Source: a virus
Lineage: Duplodnaviria > Caudoviricetes
Reading direction: 5' to 3' (one strand)
Virus record (IMG/VR): IMGVR_UViG_3300047160_018490
Span: 1-64,000 of that record
Length of the DNA: 64,000 bases
Position 1 is the stretch's first letter. Each line of letters starts with the position of its first letter. The position numbers and the translations under genes are program-made. Shown piece by piece: positions 16,174-25,570 of the stretch. The notes under the pieces are model-generated. The model worked only from the letters and a program-made list of their open reading frames with translations. It made no database searches and was not told the DNA's origin.

Positions 16174-17622
16174 TTACCCTCCCGAGATGCCCGTGATTGA
16201 AACCGTCTTCGTGTAGATGCAGGAAATTTTGGTGGGCGGGCCGGTAAACTGAGGCACGAAGGTAACCCATTCCTCTGTGTCTTGGAAGGCCACTGGGTAG
16301 GAGTAGGTTGTCTGTACCTGCATCACCCAGGGGGCCTCATCATCACTCCAGGGCCCCAGGAGCTGCACCCCCTCGCTTTCGTCCTTGGAGAGAAAGGGCG
16401 CCCAGGGAACCCGTTGGATGGGCGTAAAGGGGCCCTGCTCGTCCTCCAGGGGCATGTTTGCGAGAAGGGTAGAGATCTCCTCGAAGGCGGCTACTGGAGC
16501 ATTCCAGTACCCCTGCGTGGTCCCGGGGGAAAGATACTCCTCCTGCTCCAGGGCAAAGTTCATGAGGAAGGCAGAAGCTCCTACCTCATCGTCTGCAGAA
16601 AGGAGAGGGGTCCAGGGCACCTGCTGCTGGAGGGGAAGGAAACCCTCTTCCTGCTCATAGGGGAAGTTCAGGAGTGGGGAGGTTACTTCCTCAGGAGCGG
16701 GAAGGAAAACACCCCAGGGTACTCGCTGCTGAGGAAGAGATGGCTGGTCCTCCTGATCCACCCCCAAAGTAAACCACATCTCGTCTTCCTTCCCTGGTGA
16801 GGTGTGGACTTCCCCCGGGGGAAGAGGGATAACCTGGATGCCTGGAGGGAAGTAATCCTCGCTCTCCACGTTGATGGGGGTGATGCCCTCGCTTTCATCT
16901 CCTGCGGCAGGAGGAGGAGGAAGGAATGGCCTTTGCATTCCTGGGGGGAAGTAGTCCTCCTGCTCTGGGGTGTAAATCAGGACCTCATCTCCCTGCACTG
17001 CGGTGAGAGGTGGGTAAGGAGTTTGCTGAGTAAGAGGGGGGGAGGGGTTTTCTTCCTGCTCCAAACCGAAGTTCAGGAGGCTGACCCCTTCTTCCTCGCT
17101 CAGAGACGCCATCAGAGGAGGGGTAGGGATGCTCTGTGCAGAGGGAAGAGCAAAGAGGTCATCTTCCCAGCGCAACTGCCCCAGGGTGCCAGACTCCTCG
17201 GTATCGGGGGGGAGGAAGACCCGGGTGAGGACCTTCTGAACAGGGAAGAGGACCAGCTCGTCTGCATCGATTCCAGGACCTACCAGAGGGATGAGGTCTT
17301 CGTCTACCGGGCTTCCATTGATAGCTGGCAGGGAAGGGGGCAAGGCATAGAGGCTGGAGGGAAGAGGCGGTGGTTCTTCCTGATCCAGACCCAGGAAGTG
17401 CAAGGCGATGCCGGCATCTTCATCAAGGGCTACCGAGGTATTTGTGGGATAAAGAACTGGCGGCTGCGCAGGGGGGAGCCCCTGGCTTGCGTAGAATGCC
17501 TCCTCCTGCTCTATACCAAACTGGATGCCTGCAATACCCTGGGCCTCATCGTCCTGCGCGGCGGCGAGCAGGGAGAGAGTATTCAGGATACGAGGGTTCT
17601 GGATGGGATAGAGGAGTTGCAA
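16174..17622 (-). CDS. very acidic Pro/Glu-rich protein with imperfect repeats of about 35 aa
   Basis: about 11 units such as LNFGLEQEE, YTPEQEDYFPPG, LNFPYEQEEGFLP; almost no Lys. Confidence 0.7.
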   Translation of the reverse strand: MQLLYPIQNPRILNTLSLLAAAQDDEAQGIAGIQFGIEQEEAFYASQGLPPAQPPVLYPTNTSVALDEDAGIALHFLGLDQEEPPPLPSSLYALPPSLPAINGSPVDEDLIPLVGPGIDADELVLFPVQKVLTRVFLPPDTEESGTLGQLRWEDDLFALPSAQSIPTPPLMASLSEEEGVSLLNFGLEQEENPSPPLTQQTPYPPLTAVQGDEVLIYTPEQEDYFPPGMQRPFLPPPPAAGDESEGITPINVESEDYFPPGIQVIPLPPGEVHTSPGKEDEMWFTLGVDQEDQPSLPQQRVPWGVFLPAPEEVTSPLLNFPYEQEEGFLPLQQQVPWTPLLSADDEVGASAFLMNFALEQEEYLSPGTTQGYWNAPVAAFEEISTLLANMPLEDEQGPFTPIQRVPWAPFLSKDESEGVQLLGPWSDDEAPWVMQVQTTYSYPVAFQDTEEWVTFVPQFTGPPTKISCIYTKTVSITGISGG

Positions 17623-17623
17623 T

Positions 17624-18409
17624 CTAGGCTGCCTCCTTACCTTTCAGCAGCATCTCGGGGAAGCAGTAAAGAATCTTTCCTGTACCTGGCCTGCGCTCAG
17701 GCTTCCTTCCCGGTCTGCGAAACCAGGTGTAGGAGGGCTGGATTATCAGCCCTTCATCCTCATCCACCATTGGGGCTGCGAGGGCTGCTGAAAACTGTGA
17801 GGCAGACCAGGACACACTCGATCCAGCGGTGTACGCCGCACCCTGAGGCGAGGTGGCACTGAGGAGGTAGGCACCATCAAAGAAGGAAAACGTCTCCTTC
17901 ACCGCACCACCACCTGCTGCTGTGTAACCTCCTGGAGCTGTCATGCTCACGAGCTGGGAGGAAACGGCACAACTGAAGACCGGCTCCCCGCTGGTGAAGG
18001 ACATGCTCGCAGGGGCGGGGGCCGTACTCGTCCCTGTGAGGCTGGAGGCATTGTCCGTGGAGACAATCCCGTTTACCTCCAGCGTGTCAATGAAAAGGTC
18101 CCCGGTTGTCTCATTGGCTACTGTTACCGTGGCATGAACGCTGCTGCCCACAGTGATGCTGTAGGTGACGAAACAGCAACTCCACGGACCAGACCCAATA
18201 CCGTTGTAGCCCAGGCGGGAGTATGAGCTGCTAAGAGTATCTGTGCAGGTAATATCCGTATTTACCCTATGGGAGGATGAGTTGTACCCCCCGCACAGAA
18301 CCACGATGGCATTACCGGAAGTGGTAGTAAGGGAGAAATTGAGGGAGTTCAGAGTGGTAACGGTGGTATTACCCTGAGTAACTGTACTCTGGACAATCGA
18401 GGCAGACAC
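17624..18409 (-). CDS. Ser/Thr-rich beta-structured virion protein
   Basis: GTG after GGAGG; SIVQS...SGNAIVV...SWSASQF pattern. Confidence 0.65.
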   Translation of the reverse strand: MSASIVQSTVTQGNTTVTTLNSLNFSLTTTSGNAIVVLCGGYNSSSHRVNTDITCTDTLSSSYSRLGYNGIGSGPWSCCFVTYSITVGSSVHATVTVANETTGDLFIDTLEVNGIVSTDNASSLTGTSTAPAPASMSFTSGEPVFSCAVSSQLVSMTAPGGYTAAGGGAVKETFSFFDGAYLLSATSPQGAAYTAGSSVSWSASQFSAALAAPMVDEDEGLIIQPSYTWFRRPGRKPERRPGTGKILYCFPEMLLKGKEAA

Positions 18410-18438
18410 AGTTACCTCCCCTCACTCCCGAACCCTCT

Positions 18439-18771
18439 TCAGGCGACGGCGTTGACCTCGTCCGAATTGGCCCCCGCAGGATGATCGCTTGCTGCCTTCG
18501 GGAGGGAGGAGAGGATCTCCTTCAGGTCCTCCACATTGACCTGAGGGGAGGTGAAGTGGAGCGTCCAGTGCTCCGCCTCCATCGGCTGGTATACAACACC
18601 ACCCTTCTTGTGAAAGTGCTCTGCCTCCTCGTTCGTGAGGGGCTTGTCGGTCTTGCCGCCCAGGTTGTGCTGGTTGGTGGTCAGGATCCCCAGGAGGAAA
18701 CCCTGGAAGGTGGAGGTCCGGCCCTTGTAGACCCGGTAGCCCTCAGGAATCTTGTAGAAGGTGACACTCAT
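18439..18771 (-). CDS. hypothetical protein
   Basis: AGGAG RBS. Confidence 0.6.
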   Translation of the reverse strand: MSVTFYKIPEGYRVYKGRTSTFQGFLLGILTTNQHNLGGKTDKPLTNEEAEHFHKKGGVVYQPMEAEHWTLHFTSPQVNVEDLKEILSSLPKAASDHPAGANSDEVNAVA

Positions 18772-18908
18772 GATCTTCTATCTCCTGCGCCTGCGGAGGC
18801 GTCTTCGATACCTGCAAGGGAGGATGACTCGCCTCCGGATGATCTGAAGGCGAGGAGGACGGGGGTACTTGTGATGCACCTCATTCGAGGGATCTTTGTA
18901 CCCCCCAT
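18768..18908 (-). CDS. possible small ORF (46 aa)
   Basis: fills intergenic gap and ends in ATGA overlap with the 18771 gene. Confidence 0.25.
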   Translation of the reverse strand: MGGTKIPRMRCITSTPVLLAFRSSGGESSSLAGIEDASAGAGDRRS

Positions 18909-18939
18909 TTCTACTGCGAGAACCCAAGCGAGAGGGGTC

Positions 18940-19446
18940 TTACCCTTCCTGATTGTCCCACTCGGCCTCGAAGTTCAGGGAGGCAGTGGGGGAAGCGCTG
19001 AACAGGTCCATGCTCTTGTTGGCATTGCCATCCAGGAGTGGCACGTCATCGGGGTTGATTGCCACCCAGCCGCCAGGACCGCTCGCACCCATGCTGCCCA
19101 GACCAACGACGACGGGACCACCCGTACCACTCGTGACCACGGCTGTACCACCACCCGAACCCATCCCTGCGGTGGCCACGCAGGCAGGGGCCAGGTTGTT
19201 CTTCGGCTGAGGCGTCGTTGCCTGTCCTCCTGAGGAGGTGCCAGATGTCCACTGCTTCAGACGGATGACGATACCCGAGAGTGCCGTCAAGCCGCCACCT
19301 TTACCCTGGACGCGCAGGGCGATCACCGTGGCTGGCCGGGACGCACCTGGCTTGAGGAAGGCGAAGTCAAGCTCCGTATTGGCGCTGCCCGAGGTGGTGT
19401 AGTTCTCGAACACCTGCTTCGTGGCATTTGCGTAGATGAAAGGCAT
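18940..19446 (-). CDS. virion-associated hypothetical protein
   Basis: AGGAG RBS; Gly/Thr-rich. Confidence 0.65.
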   Translation of the reverse strand: MPFIYANATKQVFENYTTSGSANTELDFAFLKPGASRPATVIALRVQGKGGGLTALSGIVIRLKQWTSGTSSGGQATTPQPKNNLAPACVATAGMGSGGGTAVVTSGTGGPVVVGLGSMGASGPGGWVAINPDDVPLLDGNANKSMDLFSASPTASLNFEAEWDNQEG

Positions 19447-19544
19447 GGATTATCTCCTGTTGCCTGGACACTGCTTCTGCTTGGGTTCCGGCCTCCTGCC
19501 AAGTCCTACCATCCTAACGCATCACTCTTTCCCCTGGGAAGGGT

Positions 19545-19949
19545 CTAGGAGGGGACGGGGAAGGGGCTCTCTTTCTCCAGAAGCTCCAGGGCCTTCCCAA
19601 GTTTACCACACTCCTGAAGGGCGAGGAGTTCCTCCCCTGTGAGGTCCCGCCCGAACTTCTTCCTCATCTCCTCCTGCACACTCTTACAGAACTCATCATC
19701 CGGCTGGGCATAGGTGCCTGCAATGGCTCCGTGGGTCTCGAAGCACTTCGCACAGAGCCAGAAAGCGAAGGAGGTGTTGTCCTTGGGGACGTAGCCGAAC
19801 TCCTTGCCGCAATTCGCACAGTAGACCATCACACATTCACACCTCACCGTGGTGCCGTCGGGCATGGGCCAGTCCACCATCTGACTCCCGAAGGTGGGGT
19901 GATGCGTGAGGCGCGAGTCAGGGAGGATGTGGGCATTTCCTGGGTTCAT
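19545..19949 (-). CDS. Zn-finger-like protein
   Basis: ATG 19949 in ATGA overlap; CANC and CAKC. Confidence 0.6.
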   Translation of the reverse strand: MNPGNAHILPDSRLTHHPTFGSQMVDWPMPDGTTVRCECVMVYCANCGKEFGYVPKDNTSFAFWLCAKCFETHGAIAGTYAQPDDEFCKSVQEEMRKKFGRDLTGEELLALQECGKLGKALELLEKESPFPVPS

Positions 19950-20353
19950 GAGTGCCCCTCGAACGAGGTTACTGTCACGTCTGGGGGAGAATAGTCCGGG
20001 CAGGTCTGGCAGCAGTAAACCCCCTCCAGGGCCCTCTGTGGGGTGCATTTCTCATGGAGGGCACAGGCGAAGAGCTTCAGGAGTACCTTCCCTTCGCATG
20101 ATGGGCACTCCTGTACTTCTCCAGTGGCGTCCCCCAGATGCCTGCAATATCTTCCCCGGGGGAAAGGAGGAGAAGGGAGAGGAGGAGTGGAAGAAGGCAT
20201 CTTGCTCTCCAAGGGGAGGAGAGGCCCTACCTCGTCCGGCCAGTTCATGAGCTTCCGCCAACATAGCAGACACTGATCGTAGGTGTAGAAGCCCCTTCTG
20301 GCCTCTCTGCCTGGGTGCTTACCGTCACAGATATTGTGGAGGTTATAGCTCAT
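19946..20353 (-). CDS. Cys-rich small protein
   Basis: CRHLG...CPSC...CALHEKC...CCQTC; ATG follows the upstream stop directly. Confidence 0.6.
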   Translation of the reverse strand: MSYNLHNICDGKHPGREARRGFYTYDQCLLCWRKLMNWPDEVGPLLPLESKMPSSTPPLPSPPFPRGRYCRHLGDATGEVQECPSCEGKVLLKLFACALHEKCTPQRALEGVYCCQTCPDYSPPDVTVTSFEGHS

Positions 20354-20354
20354 C

Positions 20355-21383
20355 TTATAGGGTGATAGTGACCGTGAATGGACTAGGGGGGCAGCCTCCA
20401 TGAGGGCAGCAGGTTATCGGGTCCGTACAGGGAATAGTAGCTCCTGAGCATCCTGCGGAAACTCCACTGGGTCCATTGAAGACTCCTGTGAACTGGAGGA
20501 AGGGTGGGTAACAGGTTCCCGTTACGCTGGTGGTAAAGAGCAGGGTAAAGGATGGCACAGTAGGGTAAGGAGGGATAGAAATCGCCTGAAACTGGAAGAA
20601 GTTAGGGAATCCCTCTACGTGTAAGCACTGGAGGAGGAAGGTAGTTGGGTATCCTGTGCAAGGGTCTCTGGTTCCAGGAGGAGAGGCCCAGGAGAATGAA
20701 CTCATGTTCAAGAGCAAGGGAACCGTGAAGCCGTTCCAGCAGCCGCAAGGAGAGGTTGTGACAGTAAAGGTAGCATGGAGGATGGTGGGAAGCCCAATCA
20801 ATCCCCCAGCGGCGTCTCCAATAGCTGCACAGGCTCCCTGAATGCAGGAGTTCGTAAATGGGGGAGAGGGGCAGCACCCGGTGGGGTTATTAACACACAC
20901 TGGAGAGGCAAAGGTAGGTGGTGCCTCCAGGCCCACGACTGCTGTAATGTATTCGGCACTGATGCCAGTCACCACCTGGATGGTGTGACCTGCGAGATCA
21001 GATAGTGCTACTCCGAAGGTTGGGCAAACGTTGTCCAGGTACTTCAGGGTCGCATAGAAAGGGGTGTCAGGAGTGGTGGGTGCTGAGAGATCCACCAGGT
21101 AGGTCCAATCCACCACGGGATCGAAGTAAGCTCTGGTGGCTCGGTGGACGCTGTTGATGGTAATGGTCTGACTATTAGCCTCATAGATAGGGTTGTTCCC
21201 TACACTCCCGAACCTGCCTCCTGGGCGATCCCGGAAGGAAGCTGGCCCCACAGGGTCTTGCTCGCGCCAGGAGTAGAACTTTCCACTCTGGGAGAGGATC
21301 TTGGCCCAGAAGGGCTTGTTGAGTTGCGCCCAACTCTTCTCCTCCCCCACGAAGGTTCCGCCATGTACTTCCTGCTCGTACAT
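20355..21383 (-). CDS. putative tail-tip protein with Cys/Pro-rich C-terminal half
   Basis: position two genes after the TMP; CVNNPTGCCP, PCGCW, CTDPITCCPHGGCP. Confidence 0.55.
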   Translation of the reverse strand: MYEQEVHGGTFVGEEKSWAQLNKPFWAKILSQSGKFYSWREQDPVGPASFRDRPGGRFGSVGNNPIYEANSQTITINSVHRATRAYFDPVVDWTYLVDLSAPTTPDTPFYATLKYLDNVCPTFGVALSDLAGHTIQVVTGISAEYITAVVGLEAPPTFASPVCVNNPTGCCPSPPFTNSCIQGACAAIGDAAGGLIGLPTILHATFTVTTSPCGCWNGFTVPLLLNMSSFSWASPPGTRDPCTGYPTTFLLQCLHVEGFPNFFQFQAISIPPYPTVPSFTLLFTTSVTGTCYPPFLQFTGVFNGPSGVSAGCSGATIPCTDPITCCPHGGCPPSPFTVTITL

Positions 21384-22661
21384 CTAAATGACTCTGAAGA
21401 GATCAGTGAAGTCCGCGAACTGGTAGGGGGTGGTGAATGGGCCGGTGTCTCCGCCATTCTCATCCTTCTGGGCTCGCACAGGCGCCCACAGACCGTTGCC
21501 TGATTGCGGCATGAGGTTGTGCCCACCAGCCCAGAAGGGGATGTTTGGATCTCCTGGTGGGTCGAAAAGATCCCAGTGGAAGGTTACATCATACTGAACC
21601 TGGGAGAGGGCCTCGGCACCCTTGAAGAAGGGAATGCCCATGAGCACCGCTGGCATCTGGAGAGGTTTGGGAGTGAACTCCACGCCTTCCAGGAGGAGGG
21701 TGCCTACAAGCATGTTAAGAAACATCTTGGCAGGATCTTCCTTGTCAGCGATCACTATAGCCAGGTTGTCACCACCAATCTCTGAATTAACACATCCCAG
21801 AATAGCCTCCCCAGCCTCGTAGATGAAAGGCTCCGTGCTCCCAGCAGCCCCAAAAGTAAGAGGGTTGCTGGTGGGGGTTTGCGTGTAGAGCTGGTTGACT
21901 GGGGGGCCCTGGGGGGAGCCATCCTGGAGCAGGGAGAACAAGCACTGCTCTGGGACCTCATACCAGGTTCTCTTGAGCTTGACGTGGGTGACCTTCTGCC
22001 CAACGGCGCCAGGGAATCCCCCCAGTCCACCCTGGGTCCATACGAAGGTCTGGCCCTCGCGGGTGAGCATCTGCACGTCTGGCACCCAGGCTCTATCGAA
22101 GAACCTAAGGTATTCCGCCTGGTAGGTAAGACCTGGAACGGGCTTGCCCGTTTTTGGGTCCGGCATTAAGTCCGGCATGATTACGCTTTGGTCCGAGCGG
22201 ACATAATAGGGTGGCCGCCAGAACTGGAGAGTAAGTTGAGCGATAGAGTATGCACTCATGGGCCCCAGGTTGTTTAGGGTTCCTCCTGGGGGGAGCTTGA
22301 GAGGGATACCGGAGAAGGTCTTCCCCTCGAAGCGGATACCTTTGACCTCTGTGATGGCTTTCACGAAGAGCTGGTTGGCATAGGGATGCTGCCAGGGGAG
22401 ACTCCTGGAGAGGCGGGGTACTTTGGCTCTCCCTTTTTGCCAGCTAATCGTGTCGCGGAACGAGAAACCTAGAAGCTGCTGTAAGGCAAGGGCCAGGTCT
22501 GACCAGAAGATATAGATACTCATTCCCAGTCCAACCCCGTCTGGCCCGGCGTGCATGGAGAAAGTACCACCACCGGGTTCCTGGACCTCGGCCCACGGGA
22601 AGGAGAGGCCGGAGAGTAACTGGATATGCAGGTTGGGGAAAGGATGTGAGGGATTGGCCAT
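21384..22661 (-). CDS. putative distal tail/hub protein
   Basis: immediately downstream of the tape measure; synteny only. Confidence 0.5.
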   Translation of the reverse strand: MANPSHPFPNLHIQLLSGLSFPWAEVQEPGGGTFSMHAGPDGVGLGMSIYIFWSDLALALQQLLGFSFRDTISWQKGRAKVPRLSRSLPWQHPYANQLFVKAITEVKGIRFEGKTFSGIPLKLPPGGTLNNLGPMSAYSIAQLTLQFWRPPYYVRSDQSVIMPDLMPDPKTGKPVPGLTYQAEYLRFFDRAWVPDVQMLTREGQTFVWTQGGLGGFPGAVGQKVTHVKLKRTWYEVPEQCLFSLLQDGSPQGPPVNQLYTQTPTSNPLTFGAAGSTEPFIYEAGEAILGCVNSEIGGDNLAIVIADKEDPAKMFLNMLVGTLLLEGVEFTPKPLQMPAVLMGIPFFKGAEALSQVQYDVTFHWDLFDPPGDPNIPFWAGGHNLMPQSGNGLWAPVRAQKDENGGDTGPFTTPYQFADFTDLFRVI

Positions 22662-22668
22662 GTTTTAG

Positions 22669-24537
22669 TCAAGGGTGCGGTACTGACGCCGCTATTGCCA
22701 CTCCTCTTCCTGTGGCCAGTATCTTCGCCTTGTTCTCCGCGATGTATGCCTGCTTTTGCTGTTCCAGCTTCTTGTGCTCCCCAGCCCACCACTTCCCGAA
22801 GTTGTACATGCTCGTCCAGGGGAGCAGACCGCCCGATTTCGCCACAGACGCAGCCGCTTCCTTCGTGCCGATTCCTACACCGCTGGCAACCGCCCAGATC
22901 TGCCTGGCCCAGAGGAAGATTTCATCCAGCTTGGGAATGATACCCTTCACGGAGTGCCAGTTGTTCTTCAGGAAGTTACCAGTGTCCTCCCAGAACTTCG
23001 CCATCGTGTTGTACAGCTTGAGGGCGTCCTCATCGATCTTCTTCATGTCCAGGGCGATCCTCTTCATCTCACCCTGCCAGGTCATCCTTCCTGGCTCCCG
23101 GAAGGCGGCGAGCTGAAGTTGCTTCCCGTACTCGGAGAGGGAGGTCATGGCAGCAGGTTGAGCCCCAGCGCCCTCCTGGCTGCGAAGATCCCCCCTCCTG
23201 TTGAGCCATGACCATATGCCTGATGCCCTACCACCAAAGACCCCACGCAGGGCAGACACCCACATCATCGTTGCTCGCGCTGCCACCGCCAGCCAGTGAG
23301 AGAGCTGCCGGATAGCATCGATGAGGACCTCACGAATCATGGGTCCCACTTCTCGGAGCATCTCCCGCCACTCCTTACCCATCTGGGCGAAGGCTTGACG
23401 GAACTCGCTCATGGCCCCTCTTACCTCCTCGGAATCGGGGAGGATGTTGGCCATCGTGTCACCGAGTAGCCGAACCCCTTCCCTCATCATCTCCAGCACG
23501 GGAAGGAAGGTTCTACCGATGACACCCTGGAAGTTGGTGAGGGCCACCTCCCACATATGGAATTGCCCTGGAGAGGCAACCTTCGAGAGGGAGACCATCG
23601 TGGTAGTGATGTCCTCCAGAATCCTGGGCAGGCCAACGATGGAATCGAGCAGGGGGCTGAGGACGGTGCCAATGATGGGAATGGACTCGATGATCTTGGC
23701 AGTGGTTCCCAGCGTCACGTTGAGAGCAGCAAAGCCGATCCCCAGAGGACCCAGGGGGCCCTGTATTGCGTGCAAACTGGTGCTGATGAACTCCAGACCG
23801 GAGCCAACAACCTGGAGGGGAATAGAAGCCAGGCCGGTAAGAGAGGTGGCCAGGTTGCTTACCCAGCCGATGACGACGTTGATCTGCATGGGGGAAATGT
23901 GTGGGAGGACCTTCTTGGCTGCTCCTCCAGCCATTGCGCCTACATCTCCCATCGTCTCCATGAACATCCCTAACCAGCTCTGGGGTTTCTTGCCGCCTTT
24001 ACCTCCTGTAGGCGGGCCACCTCCACCTCCTCCTGCTCCTCCTCCAAAGGGACTTACCAGACCAGCCGCCAGGTAGGCACCCTCTACTTTCAGTCGCTCC
24101 TTGGCAAGGGTCTTCTCCTGGGCAACACGCAGGGCCAGAACATCCGGGTCACGGGCCAGCTTCATGGCGAGAAGCTTCTGCTCCTGCTCGACGGCCATGC
24201 CCATCATGGCGCCATGCTTGGCCTCCTTGAGGACATCCCCATAGCTCGTCGGCATCGTCCGGGCCTTGGTGGCCTCGGCGGTCTGCTTGGTCTGGAAGAT
24301 GCTTCCTAGAGTGGCCTCCTGACGAACCGCAGCCCCCAGAGTGGGATTGAGGACACTGGCGAGGGCGTTGGCTGCCTTCAGTTCGGCCTCCAACTGCTCC
24401 CGGTTACGCCTCTGCTGCTCCCCCTGCTGCCTCTGGAGGGCGAGCGTCTGCTCGTTGACCTTGTAGACCTCCTGAAACTTCTTCAGGAGCTGGTCAACGT
24501 CAGAGTCTATCTTCAGCTTGAGGGGATCGTCTGCCAT
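22669..24537 (-). CDS. tape measure protein (622 aa)
   Basis: follows G/GT chaperones; N-terminal coiled coil, amphipathic/hydrophobic repeats. Confidence 0.8.
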   Translation of the reverse strand: MADDPLKLKIDSDVDQLLKKFQEVYKVNEQTLALQRQQGEQQRRNREQLEAELKAANALASVLNPTLGAAVRQEATLGSIFQTKQTAEATKARTMPTSYGDVLKEAKHGAMMGMAVEQEQKLLAMKLARDPDVLALRVAQEKTLAKERLKVEGAYLAAGLVSPFGGGAGGGGGGPPTGGKGGKKPQSWLGMFMETMGDVGAMAGGAAKKVLPHISPMQINVVIGWVSNLATSLTGLASIPLQVVGSGLEFISTSLHAIQGPLGPLGIGFAALNVTLGTTAKIIESIPIIGTVLSPLLDSIVGLPRILEDITTTMVSLSKVASPGQFHMWEVALTNFQGVIGRTFLPVLEMMREGVRLLGDTMANILPDSEEVRGAMSEFRQAFAQMGKEWREMLREVGPMIREVLIDAIRQLSHWLAVAARATMMWVSALRGVFGGRASGIWSWLNRRGDLRSQEGAGAQPAAMTSLSEYGKQLQLAAFREPGRMTWQGEMKRIALDMKKIDEDALKLYNTMAKFWEDTGNFLKNNWHSVKGIIPKLDEIFLWARQIWAVASGVGIGTKEAAASVAKSGGLLPWTSMYNFGKWWAGEHKKLEQQKQAYIAENKAKILATGRGVAIAASVPHP

Positions 24538-24557
24538 TTACTGTTCAGGAGTGGAGG

Positions 24558-25025
24558 CTAGTCTTCCTCGTTCAGGACCTTGCCGAACTTGGGGTTTGCC
24601 TCCAGGAACATTTGCCAGGCTTCGTCTGCCTGCTCGAAGGGGGCTTTCTGGTGCCTCTTGGTCTGGTAGAACATTCTCTGGTAGGAGACAGGGTGGGAGA
24701 CCACGCGCATTCCCTCCTCATCCACTTCCACCCCAGGAGGAAGTCCCCTGGGTATGCGGATGAGTGCTCCGTATCTGTTTCGAGGGCGCATGAGGACGTA
24801 GCAGGTGATAAGGGGGTCGAAGCCAGCAACCTGCTCCAGGGTTTTACCGGCATGGAGAAGCTCGGCCACGATCTCCGCTGGCCGGAGGGGAGGCATCTCC
24901 TCATCCTCTTCCTCCTCGAACTCCTCTTCTAGTCGTCCATACTCATCGGCTTCCTCGTCTTCGCATCCCTCTTCTGAGTCGTCCTCCCGTTGCCCCCCGA
25001 AGCCTCCTCCTCCGGGGACACCTCG
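24558..25025 (-). CDS. tail assembly chaperone T part (reached by -1 frameshift; GT fusion about 337 aa)
   Basis: the frame of the 24558-24896 ORF stays open up to the slippery site at 25025. Confidence 0.8.
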   Translation of the reverse strand, partial: RGVPGGGGFGGQREDDSEEGCEDEEADEYGRLEEEFEEEEDEEMPPLRPAEIVAELLHAGKTLEQVAGFDPLITCYVLMRPRNRYGALIRIPRGLPPGVEVDEEGMRVVSHPVSYQRMFYQTKRHQKAPFEQADEAWQMFLEANPKFGKVLNEED

Positions 25026-25570
25026 TTTCCCTCCGCCCAGTGAATGGCGAAGGTGCAGGCGCTGGCATTCTCCTTCCAGATTGCACGCACCTGGGAGAGG
25101 GTTACCTTGCGGTCACATCTCCTCAGAAGAAGGTAGACGTAGTAGTGAAGGCCAGGAACATCCGTGCGGGCGCTGCGGCAGTGTTTTCCATCCCAGTTGT
25201 AGTGCCCTGCCCCGCAGTCTCCAATGTAGGTGGAGCGCATCTGGTGCGCCTGCTCAGGGTAGCCTTGAAGGTAGACCTCCTCGATCACTTTCAGGGCGCC
25301 AGCGCGGACCCACTCCTCGAACTGAGCCCGGATGCGGTACTCCAGAGGAGCTACCTTCCACTCCCTGCCCAGGGCGAAGAGAGTGTCTCCGGATTGCCTG
25401 TCCTGAGGAGGGTTTCCTGCATGTTCCCCCAGGACATCAGACCATCCGAGGTTAGGCTCTCCTTCCCCCGGGGGAAGAGATTCCTCCTCTTCCTTCTCAT
25501 CCACAACATCCTGGGCCTCCTTTTCGGCCTCTCGGAGTTGCCTCCTGAGTTCTTCAGTCTCCGCGCTCAT
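24929..25570 (-). CDS. tail assembly chaperone G
   Basis: between tail tube region and TMP; contains in-frame G GGA AAC. Confidence 0.8.
   Translation of the reverse strand: MSAETEELRRQLREAEKEAQDVVDEKEEEESLPPGEGEPNLGWSDVLGEHAGNPPQDRQSGDTLFALGREWKVAPLEYRIRAQFEEWVRAGALKVIEEVYLQGYPEQAHQMRSTYIGDCGAGHYNWDGKHCRSARTDVPGLHYYVYLLLRRCDRKVTLSQVRAIWKENASACTFAIHWAEGNEVSPEEEASGGNGRTTQKRDAKTRKPMSMDD
25025..25031 (-). other. programmed -1 ribosomal frameshift heptamer GGGAAAC
   Basis: X XXY YYZ (G GGA AAC) in the G frame; the -1 frame continues without stop to 24558. Confidence 0.85.
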
